A stretch of 33,146 nt of DNA from Planctomycetota bacterium (lineage in GTDB: Bacteria > Planctomycetota > UBA1135 > GCA-002686595), in contig JANOFY010000623.1 in the NCBI GenBank assembly GCA_031413895.1, positions 1 to 33,146 of the forward strand, given 5' to 3'. The notes under the pieces are model-generated. The model did no database searches. It was not told the origin of the DNA and saw only the letters and a program-made list of their open reading frames with translations. Numbering within the stretch: position 1 is the first letter of the stretch; each line of letters begins with the position of its first letter. The position numbers were made by a program, and so were the translations under genes. Of the stretch, positions 16,859 to 27,266 are shown piece after piece.

Positions 16859-17866
16859 ATGAACACGCACGCCGAAAATCCATCGAGCCGTACGCCGCAG
16901 TCGAGCTCGATGTCACGGCTCGTCGGAGCGCAAGAAGACCGTTGGTCGCTGTCGCGTGCGATCGATGCGCTCGGCGATTCCGCCAAGCAAGCCGGTCATC
17001 CGGGCTGGATCTGGATCTCCGGCCTCTTCTATCCGAGCTTGAGCTTGGGTTTGGAGCTGGGCGCGCGGCACTCGCTCGAGGGCTCCCCGATCGCGCACAT
17101 GTCGGCGTGGGCGTGGAGTTCGCTCCGTCACGATCCGGCAACCGCGGCGGGCGGACGGATTCCGTTGCCCGCCGTGGTCCTCCTCACGATGCTCGGAATG
17201 CTCGGGATCGGCCTCGTCTTCTGGCCGTTCTATCGGCTGGTCGCTGGGCTCGCGCGCATCGCGCATCCACCGGCGTGGCGAGCGGCGTGCGAGGGAAGAT
17301 CACGTCCGGAGCTCCGCGCCACGTGGCGCGCCGGCAAGGGGCTGACGCTCGCGGCCGTCGGGCTGTGGATGCAGATGACCCTGCTCTTCGGCGTCGCGCT
17401 CTTCGCGTTCTCGATTCCGCTGACCGCGCTCGTGAGCTCGTTCGACCTGTCCACGGGTGAAACCGGAGACCTCTTCGTCCTCGGCGCCGTGCTCGGACCG
17501 CTGCTCGCGATCCTCGTCATGTACATGATGGCGCTCGCGGTGCTGCTCCAACTCGCGCTGCACAGCCTCGTGCACAACCGCCGCGGGGTCGGTTCGGCGC
17601 TGATTCACGCATGGCGCATCGCGCGCAACGATGCGTGGGCCACGGCACGAACAATCCTGGTCGACTTCGTGTTGATGCTGGCGATCTTGGCCTTGTGGAA
17701 GATGGCCGAGGGCCCGATCTACGCATTGCCGGGAGGAACGACGCTGGGCTGGGTGGTGCAGCTCCCGCTGCTCGGCTTCGCCGGCGTGACGCGCGCCGGG
17801 TATTGGGCGCGCGCATATCGTGCGCTGGGCGGGCTGTCGCCCGAAGACGGCGTGCCTGGACTGTGA
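16859..17866 (+). CDS. Hypothetical integral membrane protein (~6 TM), 335 aa
   Basis: Multiple hydrophobic helices (LPAVVLLTMLGMLGIGLVFWPFY…, LTLAAVGLWMQMTLLFGVALFAFSIPLTALV…, LFVLGAVLGPLLAILVMYMMALAVLL…). No motif recognised. N-terminal ~90 aa may be read-through. Confidence 0.45.
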   Translation: MNTHAENPSSRTPQSSSMSRLVGAQEDRWSLSRAIDALGDSAKQAGHPGWIWISGLFYPSLSLGLELGARHSLEGSPIAHMSAWAWSSLRHDPATAAGGRIPLPAVVLLTMLGMLGIGLVFWPFYRLVAGLARIAHPPAWRAACEGRSRPELRATWRAGKGLTLAAVGLWMQMTLLFGVALFAFSIPLTALVSSFDLSTGETGDLFVLGAVLGPLLAILVMYMMALAVLLQLALHSLVHNRRGVGSALIHAWRIARNDAWATARTILVDFVLMLAILALWKMAEGPIYALPGGTTLGWVVQLPLLGFAGVTRAGYWARAYRALGGLSPEDGVPGL

Positions 17867-17979
17867 GCGGCAGACGCGTCGCGCGGCGACTCTCCGTTCA
17901 AGATAGGCGTGGTACAGTGCAGGATCAGTGATCCGATGAACGTGCGGTGTGGGACCGTGCGTCGATCGAACTCGAGCCC

Positions 17980-18741
17980 ATGAGCAATCGCCGCGCACTG
18001 CGCGCACTTTGGTCCGATCCCCTGCGGAAGATCCGCACGCTCGACAGCTTCTCCAAGACCGAGGAAGACGGCGGCTTCGACTTGTGCGCGGCGGCGCGCT
18101 GCGTCGCGGATCCCGAGCTCAAGCGCAGCTTGGAAGTTCACGCCGCGGACGAACGCCGGCACGCGGAGTTGTTTCGCACGCGAGCGAACGAGCTGCGCGC
18201 GCTGACCGCGGAGCTGCCGGCTGCGCAAGACACCCTGCGGGCGTACGATCTCGCCCGCGGTCGATCGTCGTCGGAGCAAGATGCCCACGGGTTCTTCACG
18301 GCTGGACTGTGCGACGAGCTCGGCGAGGTCGCATACGTCGCGATGCTCCACGTGGCCGAGCAGCGCGCGGCCGCGCTCTTCGCGGACCATCACGCGGCAG
18401 TGGATGACGAGAAGACGCGCGCGATCTTCGCGGAGATCCTGAACGACGAGAAGTTCCACATCTCGTACACCGGAAACTTCCTCAAGCGCTGGAAGCGCGA
18501 GGGACGCGCGGGGGAAGTCAAAGCGGCACTTCGCCGCGCCAAGGGATCGCGTTTCATCGGAGCGTGGAAGCGCTTTGGAGCGCGATCCGCCGGATCGTTT
18601 GGCCGCGTCGTGCTGTGGATCCTCTACTGGACGTTGCTCCTACCGTTCGGTCTCATCGCGAGGCGTCGCGTCGCCCCCGTGGGATGGCGCGCACGCTCCA
18701 TGACCATCGCCGTCGATCCGCTGCGCTCGCAATACGGATGA
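17980..18741 (+). CDS. Ferritin-like di-iron carboxylate protein with C-terminal membrane anchor (~253 aa)
   Basis: Two E…ExxH elements (…E…DERRH… and …E…DEKFH…) arranged as in four-helix-bundle di-iron oxidases. C-terminal hydrophobic helix VVLWILYWTLLLPFGLI. The stop overlaps the ATG of the next gene as ATGA. Confidence 0.55.
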   Translation: MSNRRALRALWSDPLRKIRTLDSFSKTEEDGGFDLCAAARCVADPELKRSLEVHAADERRHAELFRTRANELRALTAELPAAQDTLRAYDLARGRSSSEQDAHGFFTAGLCDELGEVAYVAMLHVAEQRAAALFADHHAAVDDEKTRAIFAEILNDEKFHISYTGNFLKRWKREGRAGEVKAALRRAKGSRFIGAWKRFGARSAGSFGRVVLWILYWTLLLPFGLIARRRVAPVGWRARSMTIAVDPLRSQYG

Positions 18742-20432
18742 AAATCCTCGGAGTCTCGGCGTTCGGCGACGGCTCGGGAGCCGGTCTGGTGTGCGACGGC
18801 CAGGCCATCGCCGCGGCCGACGAAGCGCGCTTCACGCGGCGCCCGGGCGAGTCGGGACTGCCCCGGCGAGCCGTTCGCTTTTGCTTGGCGCAGGCCGGCC
18901 TCTCGGCGCGCGACATCGACGCCTGGGTCTTCTACGAGAAGCCACTGCGGCGCTTCGAGCGCGTTCTAGCGGGCCAGATGTCGGAGTTCCCGCGGTCGTC
19001 AGCGACGTTCGGACGAGAGCTCTTCGGGTGGCTCGGGGATCGGATGTGGCAAAAGACGCAGCTCGCGTCGGAGTTCGGTATCGACGCTGACCGCGTGCGC
19101 TTCACCGAGCACCACGCCGCGCACGCCGCGAGCGCTTTCTTCCTCTCCCCGTTCGACGAAGCCGCGATCTTGTGCGTCGACGGCGCCGGTGAATGGGCGA
19201 CGACGTCGCTCGCACGAGGGAGCGGAACGAAGATCGAGATGCTGAGCGAGATCCATCATCCCCACTCGCTGGGCCTCGCGAGCCGCGCGGTCGCGCGCTA
19301 CTTGGGCTTCTCCGCTCCCGGCGGCGAAGCGAACGTGTCGATGATCGCGGCGTACGGCGAGCCGCGCTTCGCCGACGAGATGCGGCGTTTCGTGCGCGTG
19401 GAATCCGACGGTCACTACGAGATCGATCCGCGCGCGTTCTCCTCCGACCTCGACGGCGGTCTCGTGTGCGGACCGGCGTGGACGGAGATCTTCGGCGCCC
19501 CGCGCTTGCCCACCGACCCGATCCAACTCGCAGCCGGCGAGCGCCGTCACGCCGACCTGGCCGCGAGCTTCCAGTTCGTCCTCGAGGAGACGGTGCTCGC
19601 GCTCGTACGCGAACTCCATCGCCGCGTGCCGACGCGCGGACTGTGCCTGTGCGGGGAGCTGGCGCACAATACAGCGCTCGTCGCGCGCATCGCCGAAGAG
19701 GGTCCGTACGCGGAGCTCTTCCTGCCGCCGGACTGCGGCGATGCGGGAGCCGCGCTCGGCGCAGCTCTCTACGCGCACAACGTGACCGAACCCGGGCGCC
19801 GCACGACGCCGCTCGTCGATCCCTGCCTGGGCGAGACCGTCCCGCGCGAAGCGCGCGTCAGCGCCGAGGAGATCGCGCTCGAAGACGCACGCATCGACCA
19901 CATGGTGAACGCACTCGCCCTCGGTCGCACGGTGGGATGGGTCCGCGGTCGGTGCGAGAATGGCCCGCGGGCGCTCGGTCGCCGTGTCCTGCTCGCCGAT
20001 CCGCGCCGCGCCGAGACGGCGCTCCACGTGTCGCGCTCGATCACGCGTCGCGAAGAGTTCGTGCCGTATGCACCGGCGGTCACCGCCGAGCGCGCGGACG
20101 AGTTCTTCGACATCCCGTCGTCCGCGCGCTGGCCCGTTCGATTGCGTCAGATCCTGCTGCGGAGCAAGCCAGCGGCACAACGCTCGGCTCCCGCGGCGAT
20201 CCACGTCGACGGTCGCGCAGCGGCGCACGTGGTCGACGCCGCGCTCGATCCCGCGTTCCATCGACTGCTCACGCGATTTGGCGAGCGGACGGGTGCGCCG
20301 CTGCTGCTCTCCACGACGTTCGGTCCACGCGGCGAACCCGCGGTCCGCAGCGAGCGCGACGCGCAGTCGCTGTTCGAACGCAGCGCGCTCGACGTGCTCG
20401 TCGTCGAAGAGCGCGTCTACGCGCGCTCCTGA
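18738..20432 (+). CDS. Carbamoyltransferase, NodU/CmcH/TobZ family (Kae1-like N domain + YrdC-like C domain), 564 aa
   Basis: N-terminus MKILGVSAF…GLVCDGQAIAAADEARFTRR. Conserved metal-site motif EHHAAHAASAFFLSPFDEAAIL. Family-typical C-terminal half. ATG at 18738. Confidence 0.9.
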   Translation: MKILGVSAFGDGSGAGLVCDGQAIAAADEARFTRRPGESGLPRRAVRFCLAQAGLSARDIDAWVFYEKPLRRFERVLAGQMSEFPRSSATFGRELFGWLGDRMWQKTQLASEFGIDADRVRFTEHHAAHAASAFFLSPFDEAAILCVDGAGEWATTSLARGSGTKIEMLSEIHHPHSLGLASRAVARYLGFSAPGGEANVSMIAAYGEPRFADEMRRFVRVESDGHYEIDPRAFSSDLDGGLVCGPAWTEIFGAPRLPTDPIQLAAGERRHADLAASFQFVLEETVLALVRELHRRVPTRGLCLCGELAHNTALVARIAEEGPYAELFLPPDCGDAGAALGAALYAHNVTEPGRRTTPLVDPCLGETVPREARVSAEEIALEDARIDHMVNALALGRTVGWVRGRCENGPRALGRRVLLADPRRAETALHVSRSITRREEFVPYAPAVTAERADEFFDIPSSARWPVRLRQILLRSKPAAQRSAPAAIHVDGRAAAHVVDAALDPAFHRLLTRFGERTGAPLLLSTTFGPRGEPAVRSERDAQSLFERSALDVLVVEERVYARS

Positions 20433-20435
20433 TGC

Positions 20436-21413
20436 TTACGCACGGTCCGGGCGCCGCGCGACGACGGCGACGAGTCCCGCATCCTCGTCATTGAACCCGG
20501 CCAGACACCAGCCCATCCGCCGCATCCACATCGCGACCGCGGAAGGCTCGGGTGTCACGTCGAAGATGCCGTCCGCGTCAGGCGCGGGCGGCACGCTGCG
20601 GATCCACTCGAAGCCCTGCTCCTCGAGCCAGATCCACACTTCCGGGAACGGCAGCATCCGCTCGAGCGGATGCTCGTACTGATCGGCGATCCAGACTTCT
20701 TTCTTCTCCGGATCGAGGTCGGCGCGCCGCAGCACGGGATCTAAAAAGCGAATCGGTCGACCGCCGGTCGCGCGCGCAAGCACGCGTCGTGCGCGATGGA
20801 AGCCGCGCGCAACGTTCTCGTAGAAACCAAGCACGATGAAGCCGCCGGGCGCGACGCGACGCGCGACCTCGTTCGTCGCACGCGCCGGATCGGGCGTGTG
20901 ATGGACGACGCCGCGGCAGATCACGACGTCGAACGCCGACGGCAGCACGGGCAGCGCGAAGAGATCACCGCGCACGAGTCGCAGGTTGTCGATCTTGGCG
21001 CGCGCGCGGAATCCGGCGGCGGCCGCGAGCGACGCGCGACAACCGTCGACGGCGACGACGGTGCGGCGCGGTGCAGCGAGCGCCAAGAACGTCGCGAGCT
21101 GCGCTGTTCCCGCGCCGCAATCGAGCACGGCGGCGTCGGGCGGGATCGAGCGGTCGAGCGATACCAGGAAGGGCGACCTGCGCGAGCGATCGAGCAACGT
21201 CTGCGCATCGTCGCCCGTCGCGTAGCCGGGGAAAGGCCGGCGCTCGTAGAACGCCTCGACCTCGCGCGCCTCGGCCGTGCGATCGCCGGAGGCCAGGAAG
21301 TCGAGGATCGTGCGGTCGACGGCGACGCGCGCGCCGCACGCCGGACAGGCCTCTTCGGGAACGAAGGGGCGCGCACAACCGGGACAGGCGAACAATAGGC
21401 GCGGGGGGGTCAT
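20436..21413 (-). CDS. SAM-dependent methyltransferase with N-terminal CxxC…CxxC zinc ribbon (~325 aa)
   Basis: ATG at 21411-21413 (MTPPRLLFACPGCARPFVPEEACPACGARV). Motif I VLDCGAGTAQL. Motif LVRGD…FDVVICRGVVHH. Motif APGGFIVLGFYE. Convergent with the carbamoyltransferase gene. Confidence 0.75.
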   Translation of the reverse strand: MTPPRLLFACPGCARPFVPEEACPACGARVAVDRTILDFLASGDRTAEAREVEAFYERRPFPGYATGDDAQTLLDRSRRSPFLVSLDRSIPPDAAVLDCGAGTAQLATFLALAAPRRTVVAVDGCRASLAAAAGFRARAKIDNLRLVRGDLFALPVLPSAFDVVICRGVVHHTPDPARATNEVARRVAPGGFIVLGFYENVARGFHRARRVLARATGGRPIRFLDPVLRRADLDPEKKEVWIADQYEHPLERMLPFPEVWIWLEEQGFEWIRSVPPAPDADGIFDVTPEPSAVAMWMRRMGWCLAGFNDEDAGLVAVVARRPDRA

Positions 21414-21426
21414 CGGCACGGGGAAA

Positions 21427-21446
21427 GCGCGAGGTATACTTCGCGC
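21427..21446. promoter_or_regulatory. Near-perfect 20-bp palindrome GCGCGAGGTATACTTCGCGC in the 49-bp divergent intergenic spacer
   Basis: Read directly. 19/20 positions self-complementary, centred on GTATAC. Lies between divergently transcribed genes (methyltransferase and DUF5989-like). Confidence 0.3.
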
Positions 21447-21462
21447 CGCGAGGTTGTGCGAG

Positions 21463-21645
21463 ATGACTTGGATCCGAAACATCCGCGAAGGCTTCCGAAC
21501 CGTCGTCGAGTTGATCCAATCGATGTGGCGCGGCCCCTATTGGTGGCTCGTGCCGGTCGTACTGATCCTCCTGCCTTCGGCGCTGATCTTCGTCTTCCTC
21601 CAAGCGGTGCCGCTGGTCGCGCCGTTCGTCTACACGGTGTTCTGA
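21463..21645 (+). CDS. DUF5989 (SxtK-like) small membrane protein, 60 aa
   Basis: ATG at 21463 with GAGGT Shine-Dalgarno. Sequence MTWIRNIREGFRTVVELIQSMWRGPYWWLVPVVLILLPSALIFVFLQAVPLVAPFVYTVF. Single TM helix and C-terminal APF(V/I)YT(V/L)F signature, as I recall for this family, which is usually found beside carbamoyltransferase genes. Confidence 0.55.
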   Translation: MTWIRNIREGFRTVVELIQSMWRGPYWWLVPVVLILLPSALIFVFLQAVPLVAPFVYTVF

Positions 21646-21694
21646 CAAGCGTCGCATCGCTACGCTGGCTCGCTCGCCTTACTGACGCGACGCG

Positions 21695-23419
<1,725 letters not shown>

Positions 23420-23440
23420 TCGGCGCCAACCGACGGATCC

Positions 23441-25447
23441 TCAGCGGTAGAGCTTCCGCTCGTACAAGCCCTCGGTGACGTAGAGCCACGACAGCCCGTC
23501 GAGCTCGAGCTCGGGATCGTGAGGCGCCGGATGCAAGCGGCCGTCGATCACGTCGAACGTTTCCGCGGGCAGATTCGCGCGCAGGACCGCGACCTGGTTG
23601 TCGCGCCGAAAGCCGTACGTGTCGTTGAACTGCATCATCACGAACGGCCGGCGTTCGGCGCGGAAGATCGAGTTGCCGAGGATCGGGTAGCGCAGCTCGA
23701 GACCGAGCTCGCCCAACGCAGTCGCCAGGAGATCCGGCTGTGAGGTCAGACCGGCATGCTTCCTCGGTTCGATGTCCGGACCCAAGATCAGACCGGGAAT
23801 GTGGAAGCCGTGCACAGGGATCACGTCGTCGCCGACGACACGAACATTGTGGTCCGCGACGATCACGAAGACCGTGTTCGCGAAGTATGCCTCGGTGCGC
23901 GCAACCTCGAAGAACCGCCCCACGGCGTAGTCGGCGTACTTGATCGCGTTCTCGACCGAAGCCCGCTCGACGCCTGGGGCCCACTCGATGCGCCCATCGG
24001 GCAGCTCGAAGGGCGTGTGATTCGACGACGTGAACACGACGGACGCGAAGGGACGGCCCTCTGCGGATTGCTCGCGGTAGAGCTCGTGAGCTCGAAGGAG
24101 CAGATCCTCGTCGCTGACACCCCACGTGCTGCGGAACGCCGGCTTCTCGTAGTCGCGCTCCTCGATCACGCGATCGAAACCGTTGCCGAGGTACCAGCCG
24201 CGCATGTTGTCGAAACGCGCTTCGCCGCCGTAGATGAAGCTCGTCTGATAGCCGTGCGGCTCGAGCAACGACGCGAGAGTGAAAAAACCGGACTGCGACT
24301 TGGGACGCTTGAGCACGCCGTCCCCGAGCAGCGGCTGGAAACCCGCGCTCATCGCCGCCAATCCGCGGATGCTGCGCGTTCCATTCGCATAGAGCTGTAG
24401 GAACGTCAGCCCCTCGTTCGCCAAGAGGTCGATGCACGGCGTCAAACCGCGCGCATCGCCGAGGTGACCGACGAATTGCGCGCCCATGCTCTCTTGGATC
24501 ACGACGACGAGGTTGCGCGGCGGCGTCACAGGTTCGCGCGGAGCCACCGTGCGCAGGAACGGACGTTCATCGCCGTTCGCCGTGAGGAGCATCGCGTTGA
24601 CGCGTCGGTAAGCGTCGGCGATCGCGATCGATCCGTACTGGCGCGCCAAACGCTGGCCGTCATTGCGACCGCGGTAGGCCTCGTACGCCACGCTGAACAG
24701 CGAGTTGCGGGCGATCTCCCCCGCCACGCGATTGCTCGAATACGCCGCGTCGGACAAGTTCGCGGGCCGGTGACCGAACGACGAGCGAATGCCGAGGAAG
24801 ACCACGCACGCCATGGGCAAGAACCAGCGCACGCGGCTCGGCCACGGCCGCGCGATCAGAGGCTCGAAGCCCGCGAAGACGCGACGCCGCTGGAACAGTA
24901 CGACGATCGTCGCCATGGCCGCGAATTGCAGCGCCAAGCCGAGCTTCTGTTCGCTCCACAGCATCAACGCCACTTCGCGCGGATACTCGAGGTACGACAC
25001 GAAGAGGATGTTCGGGCGTACGTCGTACTCGGCAAAAAACGGAAAGGTCGCGATTTCGAGGAAGACCAAGACGAGGAGCGCGAGCAGCACGTAGGCGCGC
25101 AAGCCCCGTGCGGCGACGCGGGCCCAAGTGCTCGGTACGAGGCACAGCATGAAGAGAGGCACGACCAGCAGGTAGCCGAGCGCGATCGTGTCCATGCGCA
25201 AGCCGTGCAGGAAGGCGAGCAGCTGTTCGTGCACGGGAATGTCCCCGAGGCGTCCGTGCAGCCAGCAGAAGAGCGCCAGCCTGCCCAGAGTCGTGACCGA
25301 CAGCGCGAGCAGGTACACGCGCAGCAGGGCGCGCGGCACGCTGCCGGCAGGCGGAGGGGACGGAGCGTCGATGGGGATGCGTTCCGGCGAGCGCGAGGCG
25401 GACCCAGCCGCGGATCGCGCTGCCACGCGTGACTCGCCGCTAGCCAC
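23441..25447 (-). CDS. LTA-synthase-family membrane sulfatase / phosphoglycerol- or phosphoethanolamine-transferase-like protein (alkaline phosphatase superfamily), 668 aa
   Basis: N-terminal ~5 TM helices, then sulfatase-type extracytoplasmic domain (VVVIQESMGAQF…, FIYGGEARFDNMRGWY…, VFVIVADHN). N-terminal start uncertain. Confidence 0.8.
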   Translation of the reverse strand: MASGESRVAARSAAGSASRSPERIPIDAPSPPPAGSVPRALLRVYLLALSVTTLGRLALFCWLHGRLGDIPVHEQLLAFLHGLRMDTIALGYLLVVPLFMLCLVPSTWARVAARGLRAYVLLALLVLVFLEIATFPFFAEYDVRPNILFVSYLEYPREVALMLWSEQKLGLALQFAAMATIVVLFQRRRVFAGFEPLIARPWPSRVRWFLPMACVVFLGIRSSFGHRPANLSDAAYSSNRVAGEIARNSLFSVAYEAYRGRNDGQRLARQYGSIAIADAYRRVNAMLLTANGDERPFLRTVAPREPVTPPRNLVVVIQESMGAQFVGHLGDARGLTPCIDLLANEGLTFLQLYANGTRSIRGLAAMSAGFQPLLGDGVLKRPKSQSGFFTLASLLEPHGYQTSFIYGGEARFDNMRGWYLGNGFDRVIEERDYEKPAFRSTWGVSDEDLLLRAHELYREQSAEGRPFASVVFTSSNHTPFELPDGRIEWAPGVERASVENAIKYADYAVGRFFEVARTEAYFANTVFVIVADHNVRVVGDDVIPVHGFHIPGLILGPDIEPRKHAGLTSQPDLLATALGELGLELRYPILGNSIFRAERRPFVMMQFNDTYGFRRDNQVAVLRANLPAETFDVIDGRLHPAPHDPELELDGLSWLYVTEGLYERKLYR

Positions 25448-25471
25448 GGCTGCGAGAGACGGGATCAGGGA

Positions 25472-25547
25472 TGGTGACCGCGGAAGGGCTCGAACCTTCG
25501 ACCTGATGATTAAGAGTCACCTGCTCTACCAACTGAGCTACGCGGCC
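25472..25547 (-). tRNA. tRNA-Lys (anticodon CUU)
   Basis: Reverse complement reads GGCCGCGTAGCTCAGTTGGTAGAGCAGGTGA-CTCTTAA-TCATCAGGTCGAAGGTTCGAGCCCTTCCGCGGTCACCA. Cloverleaf; anticodon loop CU-CUU-AA. Confidence 0.85.
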
Positions 25548-25602
25548 ACACTGATTTTCAAGCGCGCGGGATTATGGCGCGCGTCGACCCGTACGCCAAG
25601 GT

Positions 25603-25678
25603 TGGTGAGCGCGCAAGGAATCGAACCTTGGACCTACTGGTTAAAAGCCAGTTGCTCTGCCGACTGAGCTACGCGCCC
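25603..25678 (-). tRNA. tRNA-Lys (anticodon UUU)
   Basis: Reverse complement reads GGGCGCGTAGCTCAGTCGGCAGAGCAACTGG-CTTTTAA-CCAGTAGGTCCAAGGTTCGATTCCTTGCGCGCTCACCA. Anticodon loop CU-UUU-AA. Confidence 0.85.
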
Positions 25679-25769
25679 CACTTCGTCCGGCGGGCGCGAA
25701 AGGATAACGAAACGGCAAAACGTGACAAGGGGCAGCGTCGGCGAGCGCGAGGCGACGGGGCGTACCTCG

Positions 25770-26330
25770 TCAGACCTCCATGATCTCGGCCGTCTTCTTG
25801 TCTTGGAGCTGGTTCAGCTTGTCCTCGTAGTCCTTCAGCATCTTCTGGATCTCGTCGTGCAGCTTCTTGTTTTCGTCCTCGGTGAGCTCGCCCGACTTCG
25901 CGATCGCGTCCGCGTGCTTGTTCATGTCGCGCCGCGTGTTGCGCATGACGATCCGGCTTTCCTCGCAGATCTCCTTCACCTTCGAGGCGTACTTCTTGCG
26001 CTGCTCGCCCGACAGCATCGGCATCGTGAGGCGCAGCACCTTGCCGTCGTTCTGCGGCGTGATGCCGAGATCCGACTTCATGATCGCCTTGCCCATCTCC
26101 TGCAAGCTCGACGCGTCGAACGGCTTGATCACGATCTGGCGCGGCTCGGGGACCGAGATCGAAGCCATCTGCGAGATCGGCGTGGGCGTGCCGTAGTAGT
26201 CGACGCGGATCCCTTCGACGAGCGCGGTCGACGCACGCGCGGTGCGGATCGTCCGCAGGTGATCCGCCAGGTGGTGCAGCGCCTTCTCGAGCTTGTCTTT
26301 CGTGTCCTTGATCGTCACTTGGTAGCTCAT
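25770..26330 (-). CDS. frr: Ribosome recycling factor
   Basis: Full-length, family-typical sequence (…RVDYYGTPTPISQMASISVPEPRQIVIKPFD…). The ATG overlaps the pyrH stop (ATGA). Confidence 0.95.
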   Translation of the reverse strand: MSYQVTIKDTKDKLEKALHHLADHLRTIRTARASTALVEGIRVDYYGTPTPISQMASISVPEPRQIVIKPFDASSLQEMGKAIMKSDLGITPQNDGKVLRLTMPMLSGEQRKKYASKVKEICEESRIVMRNTRRDMNKHADAIAKSGELTEDENKKLHDEIQKMLKDYEDKLNQLQDKKTAEIMEV

Positions 26331-27049
26331 CGTCCACTTCCGATCTTGGTTCCGAGGGGTTCACCGCGGATCACGCGCTCGAGGTTGCCCTCTTCGAACA
26401 GGTTGAACACGATCACGGGCAAGCGGTTCTCCATGCACATCGTGATCGCCGTGCCGTCCATCACGCGCAGACCCTGGCTCAGCACGTCCATGTAGGACAG
26501 GTCGCGGTAGAGCTTCGCTTTCGGATTCTGCTTGGGGTCGGAGTCGTACACGCCGTCGACCTTCGTCGCTTTGAGCAGAACTTCGCACGAGAGCTCGGTC
26601 GCGCGCAGCGCCGCGGCCGTGTCGGTCGTGAAGAACGGATTGCCGGTGCCCGCCGTCAGGATCACGACGCGTCCCTTTTCGAGGTGCGAGAGCGCCTTGC
26701 GCCGCACGAACGGCTCGGCCACTTGCCGGATCTCGATCGCGGTCTGCACGCGCGTCTCGAGGCCGTGGCTTTCGAGCGCATCCGACAGCGCGAGGCCGTT
26801 GATCACCGTGCCGAGCATCCCCATGTAGTCGGCGCTCGCGCGATGGCCGCCGAGCTTCGAGAACTCGGCGCCGCGCAGGATGTTCCCCCCGCCGCAGACG
26901 ATCGCGATCTCGACTCCCAGGCCCGCGACCTTCGCGATTTGGCGCGCGATCTTCTGCACGGCCTCGGGTGCGATCCCGTGGCCGGTCGCGGGATCGCCGA
27001 GCGCTTCGCCCGACAGCTTGAGGAGCACGCGTTGGTAGGGCTTCGTCAT
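26327..27049 (-). CDS. pyrH: Uridylate (UMP) kinase
   Basis: MTKPYQRVLLKLSGEAL…IVCGGGNILRG…TGNPFFTTDTAAALRA… are canonical PyrH motifs. ATG at 27047-27049. Upstream residues in the track are read-through. Confidence 0.95.
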   Translation of the reverse strand: MTKPYQRVLLKLSGEALGDPATGHGIAPEAVQKIARQIAKVAGLGVEIAIVCGGGNILRGAEFSKLGGHRASADYMGMLGTVINGLALSDALESHGLETRVQTAIEIRQVAEPFVRRKALSHLEKGRVVILTAGTGNPFFTTDTAAALRATELSCEVLLKATKVDGVYDSDPKQNPKAKLYRDLSYMDVLSQGLRVMDGTAITMCMENRLPVIVFNLFEEGNLERVIRGEPLGTKIGSGR

Positions 27050-27180
27050 CGTTCCTGTCCGGCCTGTCCGGGTCGAGAGTGCGCGCGACGCGCGTGCCTG
27101 CAGAGGATAGGAAGCCGGACGGGCCGTTGTCGAATGAGTCGACGGGCTTTCGTGCGCTCGGACGCGCCGCAAATGCGCAG

Positions 27181-27201
27181 GGCCGGTGCGTCGCACCGGC
27201 C
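27181..27201. promoter_or_regulatory. Perfect inverted repeat GGCCGGTGCG-T-CGCACCGGCC in the 217-bp tsf-pyrH intergenic region
   Basis: Read directly. 10-bp arms. No adjacent U/T tract. Possible terminator/attenuator or protein-binding site. Confidence 0.35.
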
Positions 27202-27266
27202 CCGAGGATCGCGATGGCCCTGCTCGATCGGTCACTGCGCGACCGTGGAGTCGCGCGGCGCCTAGA

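Noticed and set aside
15316-16986. 556-aa minus-strand ORF antisense to pepP
   Set aside because: Same GC artefact. pepP on the plus strand has unambiguous M24B motifs.
25188-25667. 159-aa plus-strand ORF
   Set aside because: Overlaps both tRNA-Lys genes and the LtaS-like start. No features. Artefact.
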